Source: Bradymonadia bacterium (GTDB lineage Bacteria > Myxococcota_A > Bradymonadia > UBA7976 > UBA1532). From it: a stretch of DNA of 64,000 nt. The notes below the pieces were generated by a model. The model searched no databases, was not told the DNA's origin, and was given only the letters and a program-made list of their open reading frames with translations. The DNA lies in assembly GCA_046290225.1 (NCBI GenBank), contig JBKAGE010000002.1, positions 1-64,000 of the forward strand, read 5' to 3'. The position numbers and the translations under genes are program-made. Position 1 is the first letter of the stretch. Every line of letters starts with the position of its first letter. This document shows, one piece after another, positions 39,807 to 48,962 of the stretch.

Positions 39807-39871
39807 GGAGTCCTCCCTCTCTGATGTAGAGAGAGGCGTATGTGGGTGGCGCGCTGCTGTCAACGACAGCT

Positions 39872-40894
39872 TCACTTCGCCTTGGCCAGCCCCATCACCA
39901 CCGACTCCATCCCCACCACCACCCGGGACATGCGATCGAAGTCCAGGCGATCGGGTGTGTCGGTGGGCTCGTGGTAGTGGGCCGTGCGGAAGAAGGCCGT
40001 GTCGGTGACCATGATGCCCTTGTAGCCTGCCTGCCAGAACGACCAGTGGTCGCTGAAATCGACGCCTCGCAAGGATGCGGGCGCCGTGAGCACCTCCGAG
40101 GGGAACTGCGCAGCGTCTCGGAACAGGCCGATGGCCTCTCGGGCGAGCTCTCGAGAGCCGAGATCGGCGACGAAGGCGATGAAGTCACCGCGATCGGGAT
40201 AGAGCCCGCCGATGAGAGGCGGATAGCTCTGGCTGCCTTCTTCGGTGGTGTACGTACCCAGCATCTCGAGTGAGATCATGGCCACCACCTGCTCACCGGC
40301 CTTGGCGAGCTCACGAGCGTAGACGAGGCTGCCCATGTGCTCGGTCTTGAAGAACGGGGGCTCCTCGTTGACGAAGGCCACGAAGCGGATGGTCCGCTCA
40401 GGCTGCTTCTCTTTGAGGCGTCGGGCCAGCTCGAGCATAGCGGCAGTGCCCGTGGCGTTGTCGTCGGCACCAGGGGTGCCGGGCACAGTGTCGTAGTGAC
40501 CCCCCACGACGATGACCTCTTTGGGTTTCTTGGTGCCTTTGAGTGTGGCGTCGATGTTGTAGACTGTGTGCTCCCCGCCTCCGTCCACCGGGCTGATGAA
40601 GGGCCGCTTCTCCGCGGTGTAGCCCAATTTTCCGAACCGCTGGACGATGAAGTCTTCTGCCTGCTTGAGCGCCTTGGGGTGGGTGACGTCCCGAGGACCG
40701 ATGGTGACCGAGAGCGTGGTCGTGTCGGCCTTCAACCGGCCTGCAGTGGCCACGTGATCGGCACTCGGCGCTGGCAAGGCCTTGCCGCTGGGGAAGCTCT
40801 CACCAGGGGCCGCAGACAACCACACACCAAAACCGATGCCGCCGCCGATCAGCACAACGGACAGAGTGGCGATGATTTTCAGTAGACGTTTCAT
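39872..40894 (-). CDS. M28-family metallopeptidase
   Basis: GGHYDT, GADDNATG, FVNEEPP, SLEMLG, SDHWSF, YHEPTDT. Confidence 0.9.
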   Translation of the reverse strand: MKRLLKIIATLSVVLIGGGIGFGVWLSAAPGESFPSGKALPAPSADHVATAGRLKADTTTLSVTIGPRDVTHPKALKQAEDFIVQRFGKLGYTAEKRPFISPVDGGGEHTVYNIDATLKGTKKPKEVIVVGGHYDTVPGTPGADDNATGTAAMLELARRLKEKQPERTIRFVAFVNEEPPFFKTEHMGSLVYARELAKAGEQVVAMISLEMLGTYTTEEGSQSYPPLIGGLYPDRGDFIAFVADLGSRELAREAIGLFRDAAQFPSEVLTAPASLRGVDFSDHWSFWQAGYKGIMVTDTAFFRTAHYHEPTDTPDRLDFDRMSRVVVGMESVVMGLAKAK

Positions 40895-40985
40895 GAAGAG
40901 CTCCTCCAGACGCGCTCGGGCTGAGCCCGATGTTCATAGCAGATCCGAAGCCCAGATCGTCGAGGGTCGTGGTACATCGATCCCC

Positions 40986-43073
40986 GTGAAAAGATCTGTG
41001 CGCAACATGCTGTCTCTGGTGAGCCTCTGCGGGGTGCTCGGCGCTCTGCAGCTCGCTCAGGGGGCCCCGAATGCGCCCACAGACGCACCCACAGTTCATC
41101 CACACGTGGCATCGCTCGAGCGCTTGCTCGGTCGCCGAGGCCCGTCGACAGCTCAGGTGCATACGCAGGTCCATGGGCAAGGGTTCTACGGTGGGGATCC
41201 TTCTGGGGCCGCAACGTGTGCTCGATGCCACCCGGACGTCGCCGAGGCCTGGGGTCGCTCGGCCCATCGCTTCGCCTCGTTCAACAACCCCTACTACCGT
41301 GCAGGGCTCATCGACTTCCGAGCAGATCGAGGGCCCGAGGCCGCCGTGTTCTGCGGTCGCTGCCATGATCCGGCGCTGATCGCCGAAGGCACCCTCGCCA
41401 GGACCGATCCGCTACAGCCGGAGACCTTCGCCACCCCGGCGGCACAGGCGGGTGTGGTCTGCCTCACGTGCCACTCGGTCCATACACCCCCGGCGCTCAC
41501 GGGGAACGGCACCTTGCAGGTGGAGCTCTCACCTGTGCCGGTGAAGGGGCCAGAGCACAACGCCCGAGTCGCCTCATCCGCGCTGCGGACAGAGAACCTG
41601 TGCGCGAGCTGTCATCGCGTGGCCCTGACCCCCGACATCACCGGTGATCGCTGGCTCAAAGGTCAGGACGAGTACGGAGACTGGCTGGCGAGCCCCAGCG
41701 GCCGCGGCGCACCAGATGTGGTGTGGCCCCTGCCCGAACGCAGCTGCGCTGATTGCCATATGCCCAAGGTGCCTGCGAGTACCCGGGAGAAGGGCGCCCG
41801 GGCTGGGCGCGTCGCTGATCATCGATTCCTCGGTGCCAACGGCGCGCTCCCCCACCTGCGAGGTGATGTCGCCATGGCACAGGCCACTGGGGAAGCCCTG
41901 CGCGGCGCTGCGGTGGTCAGCATTCAACCCGGCGGTCTCTCCTCAGACGGCCTGCAGCAGGTCGATGTGGTGATGATCAACCTGAAGGCGGGTCACCGTT
42001 TGCCTGGAGGCACGCAGGACTCGAACCAGGTCTGGCTCGAGGTCACCGCCTTCGGTGAACGCGGTAGAATCCTCTGGCAATCCGGTGGTCTCGACGACGA
42101 AGGCCGCCTCGATCCGGCCGCACATCGCGTGCGGTCTCAACCCGTAGATGAAGCGGGCGATCCGCTCCGGCATCGGGACGCCCACCGCATGCGGGGGGTG
42201 GTCTTCGACACCACCCTGCCTCAGGGCAAGCCCCGCCTTGCACGCTATGCATTGCCCCATGGCACCAACGCTGTTTCTGCGCGCTTGATGTACCGCAAGT
42301 TCGATCGCGAATATCTCGAGCTGGCCTGTGGCGCATTGCCTGCCTCGACGAAGGCGCGCTGCCTCACCCCACCCATCTACGAGATCGCTCGCGGCGAGGC
42401 CCGCCTCACTTCGAGCGGGCTCTCCGACCAGGTACAGCGCCCGGCAGATACACGGCCGAGCTGGGCAGGGCTGGTGGATCATGGCCTCGCCCTCGCCGAG
42501 GGATTCCCCGACGACGCCAAGCGCGCCCTCGATCCCTTGCGCAAAGCTCAAGAACTCACCACGAGCCCCATCCCCGACGCGGCCATGGCTCAAGCCCTGG
42601 GCCGCCTGGGCCGTACGGACGACGTCGCCGCCCTTGAAGTGTCTGGAGACACTCCACCTGCCCTGCACTGGTTCAAGGCGGTTGCTCTGGCGCGGGCCTA
42701 CCGGACGGCGCCGGCGCTGTATCACGCCGAGCAGGCGCTGGCGGCCTATCCAGCTTCACCACAGGCGTTGGCCCTGGTGGCGCGGCTGAAGGGGGTGCTC
42801 GGGCAGCCTGAGGGCGCCCTCGCCGCAGCGGACGCGATCCTGGCGCGAGATCCACTCAGCGAGGCGGGTTGGTTTCAGCGGATGATGGCGCTCCGGGATC
42901 TCATGGATGCGTGGCCAGGGGGTGAGGGGCTGCAATCAGAGGCGTTGGATACATGGGACACGATCCGGCGCACTGACGAGCGTGATCTGGCGTTGCGCCG
43001 GGCCTTTCGAGCACGGTGGCCTCAGCAGGCGCCGATGACACATCCCATCCCCACCTACTTTCCTGGGCCTTGA
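40986..43073 (+). CDS. Pentaheme c554-like cytochrome with C-terminal TPR-like helices
   Basis: Five CxxCH motifs (CARCH, CGRCH, CLTCH, CASCH, CADCH), signal peptide, AGHRLPGG. Start may be 41007. Confidence 0.8.
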   Translation: MKRSVRNMLSLVSLCGVLGALQLAQGAPNAPTDAPTVHPHVASLERLLGRRGPSTAQVHTQVHGQGFYGGDPSGAATCARCHPDVAEAWGRSAHRFASFNNPYYRAGLIDFRADRGPEAAVFCGRCHDPALIAEGTLARTDPLQPETFATPAAQAGVVCLTCHSVHTPPALTGNGTLQVELSPVPVKGPEHNARVASSALRTENLCASCHRVALTPDITGDRWLKGQDEYGDWLASPSGRGAPDVVWPLPERSCADCHMPKVPASTREKGARAGRVADHRFLGANGALPHLRGDVAMAQATGEALRGAAVVSIQPGGLSSDGLQQVDVVMINLKAGHRLPGGTQDSNQVWLEVTAFGERGRILWQSGGLDDEGRLDPAAHRVRSQPVDEAGDPLRHRDAHRMRGVVFDTTLPQGKPRLARYALPHGTNAVSARLMYRKFDREYLELACGALPASTKARCLTPPIYEIARGEARLTSSGLSDQVQRPADTRPSWAGLVDHGLALAEGFPDDAKRALDPLRKAQELTTSPIPDAAMAQALGRLGRTDDVAALEVSGDTPPALHWFKAVALARAYRTAPALYHAEQALAAYPASPQALALVARLKGVLGQPEGALAAADAILARDPLSEAGWFQRMMALRDLMDAWPGGEGLQSEALDTWDTIRRTDERDLALRRAFRARWPQQAPMTHPIPTYFPGP

Positions 43074-43097
43074 ACCTCGGGGGCTTCGGGGTGCCGC

Positions 43098-45998
43098 TCA
43101 GCTCTGGCCTCTCCGTCGTCGCAACCACGGCGCCACGACCAACGCCAGCCACCACAGCCCCCCTACCCCACCACGACCACCGGCGTCGCAGCTGCAGCCA
43201 CCCTCTGGCGCGTCGATGATGGGCTCACCGAAGTCGGGCCGAACCCCGGCATCGTTCGTGGCGTTGCCGCCGTTGCCACCCGTGGCACCGCCACCAGCCC
43301 CACCGACGACACCGCCGCCAGCACCACCAGCCCCGCCACCCGCTCCGCCGCCAGCCCCACCGGCGCCGTCGTCGTTGTCCACGATGGAGATACGGGCCAC
43401 AGCGCGATCACCCAGGAACACACCTTGGCTGCCCTGCGGGATCGTGAGCACCACCTGGAACGTCTCCAGCCCCTCGAGGCGATTGTCGTCCACGATGGGC
43501 ACCTCGATCACCCTGATCTCACTGTCTCCGGCGGGCCACGTGAGCGTGCCCCCCGTAGCCTCGAAGTCGTCGGTGACTCGGGCGATGCCGGTCTCTGCCG
43601 TGTAGCCCACCTCGATCTGCACCTGTGGCGGGGCCAGAGGACGCACTTCGAGGCGAGCCAGGCTGTCACCCTCCGAGACCACGGCGTTGTCGGTGACGAA
43701 TTGCACCCCCACCTCTTCTGGTGGTGCCTCGTCGTCGACGATGGTGATCACCGCCGTCGATGGCTCGCCGAGGGGCACGCCCTGGGCGTTGCTCAGCACC
43801 ACCTCGAACTGCCGGGATCCGTCTTCGTCGTCATTGTCGAGCACGGGCACCGCGATCACCTTGGGCGCGGACTCGCCGTCGGCCCACGACAGATCGCCGG
43901 AGACCGTGGTGTAGTCCTCACCTGGGGTGGCGTCGAGAGACCGTGTAGCGTACTCCACCGAGGCCGCCCCCTCGGGGGGACCGACGCGGACCACTTGCAG
44001 CACCCGCTGGCCCGCCCCCTCGCTGACCTCGTAGTTGCCCTGGGCGAAGCGGATGTCTTCTGAGGTGGGCTCCAGAGTGATGCGGCTACCAGCGGCTTCG
44101 ATGGGCATATCCACCAGGGTCACCAGACCATCAACGTCTGCGGCCACCTCGCCTTGTGCCGTGGCCACGTTGTCGCTCAAGCGCCTCACGGTGTAGGCGA
44201 ACGTCTGGCCAGCGTTCGCCGTGAAGCGCTGGAGCCTGCGTGGGGTGATGGTCACTTGCAGATCAGGGCCCGTGCCGCAGTCGGCGTTGCCGTCCTCGAG
44301 GTTCACCGAGCAGAAGGCCATGGACCAGCGGAAGGGCTCGTCCACGGGCGGACCGTCGAAGGGTTGCCACGACGAAGACCACCGAATGCCGGCGTTGTAC
44401 TGGCCGGGGCCCTCGGGTGGGATGGGGCTGTTCACCGAGAGGCCGTCGATGCCCGGCACCGTCTCGTTCAACACCACCGTGAGGTTCTGGAAGGGCGAGC
44501 CGCTCCGATCGGAGCGGATGCTCGGCGGCAGCCCGCGAAAGCCCAACCAGTTGTGCTCCACAGGCAGGGCGATGGCCCCCCAGGGCCTGCTGGTCCCCTC
44601 GAAGGCCGTGTACCCCGGCGCGCCCTGGGTGTTCCACTCGATCACCGTGTCGTTGGTGCCGTGGCCCATGCCAAAGGGGGTTGAGTCATCCGATCGACGG
44701 ACCAGGGCCTGTTGCTGGTGGTTCTGCCAGTCCCACACGCCAGTGCCATTGTAGATCTTGATGGGATCAGCCCAGTCACCGGGACCGTCGATCTCCACGG
44801 GGTAGTTCTGCTCTCGAGGGCCCCACTTCGTGGCCACGTCACCCCGCCAGTCCGTACCGCCGCCATCCCCGGAGGCGGCATAGTTGGTCATGGGCTCGCT
44901 GGAGTAGATCGCCGCGTAGACGTTTGGGTAGCGCAGCGACATGGCCAGGGCGCCGCTGCCCCCCATGGAGTGCCCGTAGATGTAGATGCGATCGGTGTCG
45001 ATGGCGGGGCCGCCAGGGGTGGGCTGACGGATCAAATCGTAGGCCATGCGCATCAGCCGGCGCTCAGTGAAGTTCGCCACGGTGTTCTGCGGCCCCGAGG
45101 GGGCGCCTTGCTGGTAGTCGTGATCTCGGGCGAAGCCGAAGTACCAGGTTTGGTGCTGGTCGATGATGTAGATGTTGTAGGCGCACCAGAACGGATCGTT
45201 GTTGTTCGTCGACGGTCCATAGCGATCGCTGCCATGGCCGTGCAGGTTGAACATGATGGGCTCGCGCTGGCCGTCGCAGCGCTCGAGGGGCGGGAACACG
45301 CGGTAGTCATAGGCATAAGCCAAGGCACCGTCGATGCCCGCACCGTCGGGATCGAAGCCCAACCAGTTGTTGTGGGGGGCCGGGGCGTGGAAGGTCGGGT
45401 TCCAACGCCTGAGGTTCATGTACTGAATGTACACATAACCGTTGTCTTCCAGGGGCAGCCCAGTGCGGATCGGCAACGGATCCTCCACCCGCTCCCGCAC
45501 AGGGCCCACGGTGTTGTCGCCGTTGAAGTCGCTCCGGTTCTCATTGCCCTCAGCGTCGACGGTGGTGATGGCGTAGTGGGTGCTGCCGCTGTCGTCTCCG
45601 CCGAAGTCCGCCTCGGCCTCCAGCGTCCAGACCAGGAGACCCACCCCCGAGGGGAGCGGCTGGCCTCCGTCTTCGATGATGAGACGGGCAGCCCAACGCG
45701 GCTGCCATACGCCGTCTCCGCCGATGAAGTAGTTGGCGAACCATCGAGCAGACCCCTGGGGCACCTCTCTCACCAGCGTGGCCTCGCCGAGGTTTCCGGC
45801 GTTGATGGGCGCGGTGTGGCGGTAGAGGCGATAGCGCACCCCCTGCACGTCGTCTCGCTCGGTCCACGTGAGAAATGTCTGGCCACTGCGGTGGGTGGCG
45901 TTGAGGCCTTGGGGCTGAGGGCTCTGGGCCATCGCCACAGTGCTCCCCGTCAACACAGTGAGCATCAACACCAGGGCAGCAGAACACAATCTCGACAT
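43098..45998 (-). CDS. Secreted alpha/beta-hydrolase with two Calx-beta domains and a MYXO-CTERM anchor
   Basis: Signal peptide; LHGHG, GHSMGG, HGTND; Calx-beta repeats (DYTTVSGDLSWADGE, DFEATGGTLTWPAGD); tail GGCSC...WWLALVVAPWLRRRR. Confidence 0.82.
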   Translation of the reverse strand: MSRLCSAALVLMLTVLTGSTVAMAQSPQPQGLNATHRSGQTFLTWTERDDVQGVRYRLYRHTAPINAGNLGEATLVREVPQGSARWFANYFIGGDGVWQPRWAARLIIEDGGQPLPSGVGLLVWTLEAEADFGGDDSGSTHYAITTVDAEGNENRSDFNGDNTVGPVRERVEDPLPIRTGLPLEDNGYVYIQYMNLRRWNPTFHAPAPHNNWLGFDPDGAGIDGALAYAYDYRVFPPLERCDGQREPIMFNLHGHGSDRYGPSTNNNDPFWCAYNIYIIDQHQTWYFGFARDHDYQQGAPSGPQNTVANFTERRLMRMAYDLIRQPTPGGPAIDTDRIYIYGHSMGGSGALAMSLRYPNVYAAIYSSEPMTNYAASGDGGGTDWRGDVATKWGPREQNYPVEIDGPGDWADPIKIYNGTGVWDWQNHQQQALVRRSDDSTPFGMGHGTNDTVIEWNTQGAPGYTAFEGTSRPWGAIALPVEHNWLGFRGLPPSIRSDRSGSPFQNLTVVLNETVPGIDGLSVNSPIPPEGPGQYNAGIRWSSSWQPFDGPPVDEPFRWSMAFCSVNLEDGNADCGTGPDLQVTITPRRLQRFTANAGQTFAYTVRRLSDNVATAQGEVAADVDGLVTLVDMPIEAAGSRITLEPTSEDIRFAQGNYEVSEGAGQRVLQVVRVGPPEGAASVEYATRSLDATPGEDYTTVSGDLSWADGESAPKVIAVPVLDNDDEDGSRQFEVVLSNAQGVPLGEPSTAVITIVDDEAPPEEVGVQFVTDNAVVSEGDSLARLEVRPLAPPQVQIEVGYTAETGIARVTDDFEATGGTLTWPAGDSEIRVIEVPIVDDNRLEGLETFQVVLTIPQGSQGVFLGDRAVARISIVDNDDGAGGAGGGAGGGAGGAGGGVVGGAGGGATGGNGGNATNDAGVRPDFGEPIIDAPEGGCSCDAGGRGGVGGLWWLALVVAPWLRRRRGQS

Positions 45999-46132
45999 GA
46001 CAATCTCCCACGAGCGTTGCGCCCGTGCTGATGAACTCTCGGGGGGAGAGTGCTGGAGCACGGGGGGTGGGCACAAGTTCGTCGCCCCTCGTGCCGATAT
46101 TCCAGTTCGGCACCCATGCAGCGAGAGATGAG

Positions 46133-47284
46133 ATGGCCTGGCTGAGACGACGCAAGCAATCTGACGAGGCAGCGGGCACCTCTGGGACGCCCGCAGACAC
46201 CCACGAGCAGCCCCCGAAGACCGCACCTCCTCCCGCGGCAACCACCGATGCACGCCTGCTCGACGGCGCCCTGGATACGCTCGCCGCGGTGGTCCGGGCT
46301 CTGGGGCGAACAGCCTTCGATCTCGACACCCGAGGCCGCGACGAGATCGCCGACGACTGTGAGTCCTGGGCAGGTCATGTGCTCAACGCCGGCCCTCTGC
46401 CCGGCGGCGAGTCTGCGCCGAGCCCGGGCAGGCGTCACTGGTCGGGGCTGAGGGATTTCGTCACGGACCACCGCCAGGCGGAGCGCAAGTTCGTCGAGGG
46501 CCGGGCCAAGGCCCTCAAAGATGTGATCCATGGAGTGGTGCAGGGGCTCCGGGGGCTGGTGGGGGACGATCAGCAGCTCACCTCTCAACTCGAGCAGGGC
46601 TTCTCCACGTTGGAGACCGCGGTCACCAGTGGAGATCTCAACCAACTCGGTGAGGCGCTGCCCGGCGTATTGCAGAACATGCGTGGGGCCCTGGCGGAGC
46701 ACCAGGTACGCCGACAGAAAGAGATGTCGGCCATGCATGCCCGCTTGCAGGCCCTCAGCGAAGATCTCGCCGCCTCACAGGCTCGGGCGGTTCAGGACCC
46801 GCTCACCGGTCTGGCCAACCGCGGCGGCTTCGACGATCGCATCGCCAGCTTGCTGCCCATGTCTCAGGTGAGCGAGCGGCCACTCACGCTCTTCATGGTG
46901 GATCTCGACCACTTCAAGCGCATCAACGACACCTATGGCCACCCTGGCGGTGACGAGGTGCTGCGGCAAGCCGGGAAGGCCTTGATCCGCGCCTTCCCCC
47001 GCAGGGACGACTTCGTGGCCCGCTATGGCGGTGAGGAGTTCGCGATCTTGGCATCGGACGCAGATCCGGTGAGCGCAGAGCGCATGGCCATCAGGCTGCT
47101 CAATGCCATCCGCCGCATGGACGTGCCCTTCGAAGGGCAGCTGATCCCAGTGACCTGCTCGGTGGGCTACGCCACCTTGAAGCACGATGAGACCGTAGAA
47201 GCGTTCATGAAGCGGGCTGATCAGGCACTCTACCGGGCCAAGAAGGCTGGCCGCGACCGCTCTATCTCTGCAGAGCTGGACTGA
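46133..47284 (+). CDS. Diguanylate cyclase
   Basis: DPLTGLANR, DLDHFKRINDTYGH, I-site RRDD, GGEEF. Confidence 0.92.
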   Translation: MAWLRRRKQSDEAAGTSGTPADTHEQPPKTAPPPAATTDARLLDGALDTLAAVVRALGRTAFDLDTRGRDEIADDCESWAGHVLNAGPLPGGESAPSPGRRHWSGLRDFVTDHRQAERKFVEGRAKALKDVIHGVVQGLRGLVGDDQQLTSQLEQGFSTLETAVTSGDLNQLGEALPGVLQNMRGALAEHQVRRQKEMSAMHARLQALSEDLAASQARAVQDPLTGLANRGGFDDRIASLLPMSQVSERPLTLFMVDLDHFKRINDTYGHPGGDEVLRQAGKALIRAFPRRDDFVARYGGEEFAILASDADPVSAERMAIRLLNAIRRMDVPFEGQLIPVTCSVGYATLKHDETVEAFMKRADQALYRAKKAGRDRSISAELD

Positions 47285-47299
47285 TCAGCCCACTGCCCC

Positions 47300-48835
47300 T
47301 CAACGCCGAGAGACGCCGAGCTTCTTCATGCGGCTCTGAAGCGTGGTGGGCTTGATGTCGAGCAGCTCCGCCGCGCCTCCCGGACCATAGATACGACCAT
47401 CCGCGACGTCGAGCGCCCGGGCGATGTGCAGTCGCTGTGCTTCTTCCAGAGTCACCAGAGGCGCTTCTGTCTCCAAAGGCGAGGTCACCCGTGGTGTGCC
47501 AGCACCCGTGGGCAAGCCGAGGCAGCTGGGGGTCAGAGTGGGCCCCGGCGACAAGATCGACGCCCGCTCCAACAGGTTGGCAAGCTCTCGCAGATTGCCC
47601 GGCCAGTCGTACGCCGACATGGCGCTCAGCGCGTCGGGGCCGATGTCGAGGGTGCGCCGGGTGCGCCGGGCCTGATCGGCCAGCAGGATCTCGCTGAGCA
47701 GGGGCAGATCTTCGAGACGCTCTCTCAGCGGGGGCATGTGCAGCGGGAACACATTGAGTCGATAGTAGAGATCTTCTCTGAAGCGCCCGTCGGTGATGGC
47801 CTGCTCGAGATCCACGTGGGTAGCGGCGAAGATCCGCACGTCCACGGTGATCGTGCTGTCGCTGCCCACGGGCTCCAGGGTGCCTTCCTGCAGCACCCGC
47901 AACAGCTTCGCCTGCAAAGCCAGGGGCAGCTCTCCGATCTCGTCGAGGAGCAACGTGCCGCCATCGGCCACCTGGAACCGACCCGGGCGATCGCCGTGGG
48001 CGCCGGTGAAGGCCCCCTTCACGTGACCGAAGAGCTCCGCCTCGAGCAGATTGGCGGGGATCGCCGCACAGTTGATGCGCACAAAGGGCGCGTCTTTCCG
48101 GGCAGACCACCGGTGCAGTGCCGCCGCGAGACGCTCTTTTCCGGTGCCTGTCTCTCCCCGGATGAGCACTGGAGTGTCGGTCTGGGCCACGAGGCGAGCC
48201 CGACGCACCATCTCTTGCACCGCGGGGCTGCGGCTCTCGCTCAAGGCCTGATCGCCCTGGCCAAAGGCCTCGTCTTCCAGAATCCGGGCTCTGCTCGCCG
48301 TGCGCTTGAGCAGCTGCTCCAGACGCATACTCTGCTCGGCGTTGAGGATGGCCAGGGCCAGCAGGTGGCCGTAGATCTCGATTTGATCCACGAGGCTCTG
48401 GGGGTATGGCTCGCATTGATCTCGATCGAGGGTGAGCAACCCCAAGCGCCGCTCACCGGCACACAACGGCACCACCATGCAGGCGTGACCCGGGGGCAAG
48501 TCGAGGACCCCATCGAAGGGATCGCCGTCGCCGTGGCGATGATCCCCTTCGGTGAAGGCCCGTGCTCTCCGGGTCTCCAATGCCTCGGCGAGGGTGGGAA
48601 ACGCGCTGAGATCGAGCGTGTGATCCTTCACCTGGTCGAGGGCCAGCTTGCCTCGGGCGGCTTTGACGGTGAGCCGCTCACCTTCGAGCATGAAGATGGT
48701 GGCGAGGTCGTACCGCGCGATGCGGCACAGCCAGTCGAGGCCCCGGCGAAACAGCTCGTCGAGGTGATCCCGGTTGCCGGCGAGGCGAGCAAGGGCGGTC
48801 AGCTCAGTGGCCGACTCGTGAAGCGCTGACGACAT
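47300..48835 (-). CDS. NorR-like GAF-AAA+-HTH sigma54 enhancer-binding protein
   Basis: GETGTGKE, GAFTGA, LDEIGE, WPGNLREL, Fis-type HTH. GAF carries DPFDG...HAC...LTLD. Confidence 0.88.
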   Translation of the reverse strand: MSSALHESATELTALARLAGNRDHLDELFRRGLDWLCRIARYDLATIFMLEGERLTVKAARGKLALDQVKDHTLDLSAFPTLAEALETRRARAFTEGDHRHGDGDPFDGVLDLPPGHACMVVPLCAGERRLGLLTLDRDQCEPYPQSLVDQIEIYGHLLALAILNAEQSMRLEQLLKRTASRARILEDEAFGQGDQALSESRSPAVQEMVRRARLVAQTDTPVLIRGETGTGKERLAAALHRWSARKDAPFVRINCAAIPANLLEAELFGHVKGAFTGAHGDRPGRFQVADGGTLLLDEIGELPLALQAKLLRVLQEGTLEPVGSDSTITVDVRIFAATHVDLEQAITDGRFREDLYYRLNVFPLHMPPLRERLEDLPLLSEILLADQARRTRRTLDIGPDALSAMSAYDWPGNLRELANLLERASILSPGPTLTPSCLGLPTGAGTPRVTSPLETEAPLVTLEEAQRLHIARALDVADGRIYGPGGAAELLDIKPTTLQSRMKKLGVSRR

Positions 48836-48881
48836 TTCGGTCCTTCATTCGAATGACGATACTTCGTTGAGACGCGACAGA

Positions 48882-48897
48882 TGGGGGTCTGGTTGCA
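48882..48897 (+). promoter_or_regulatory. Candidate sigma54 -24/-12 promoter for the octaheme gene
   Basis: TGG-gggtctgg-TTGCA gives correct GG-N10-GC spacing and a perfect -12, but a non-consensus -24. Confidence 0.35.
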
Positions 48898-48962
48898 CGG
48901 GGCGGTGCTCCCCTGCTCGGATCCGCTTGTCTCCTTCACTCGATGCGCCGACACTGTGGGCC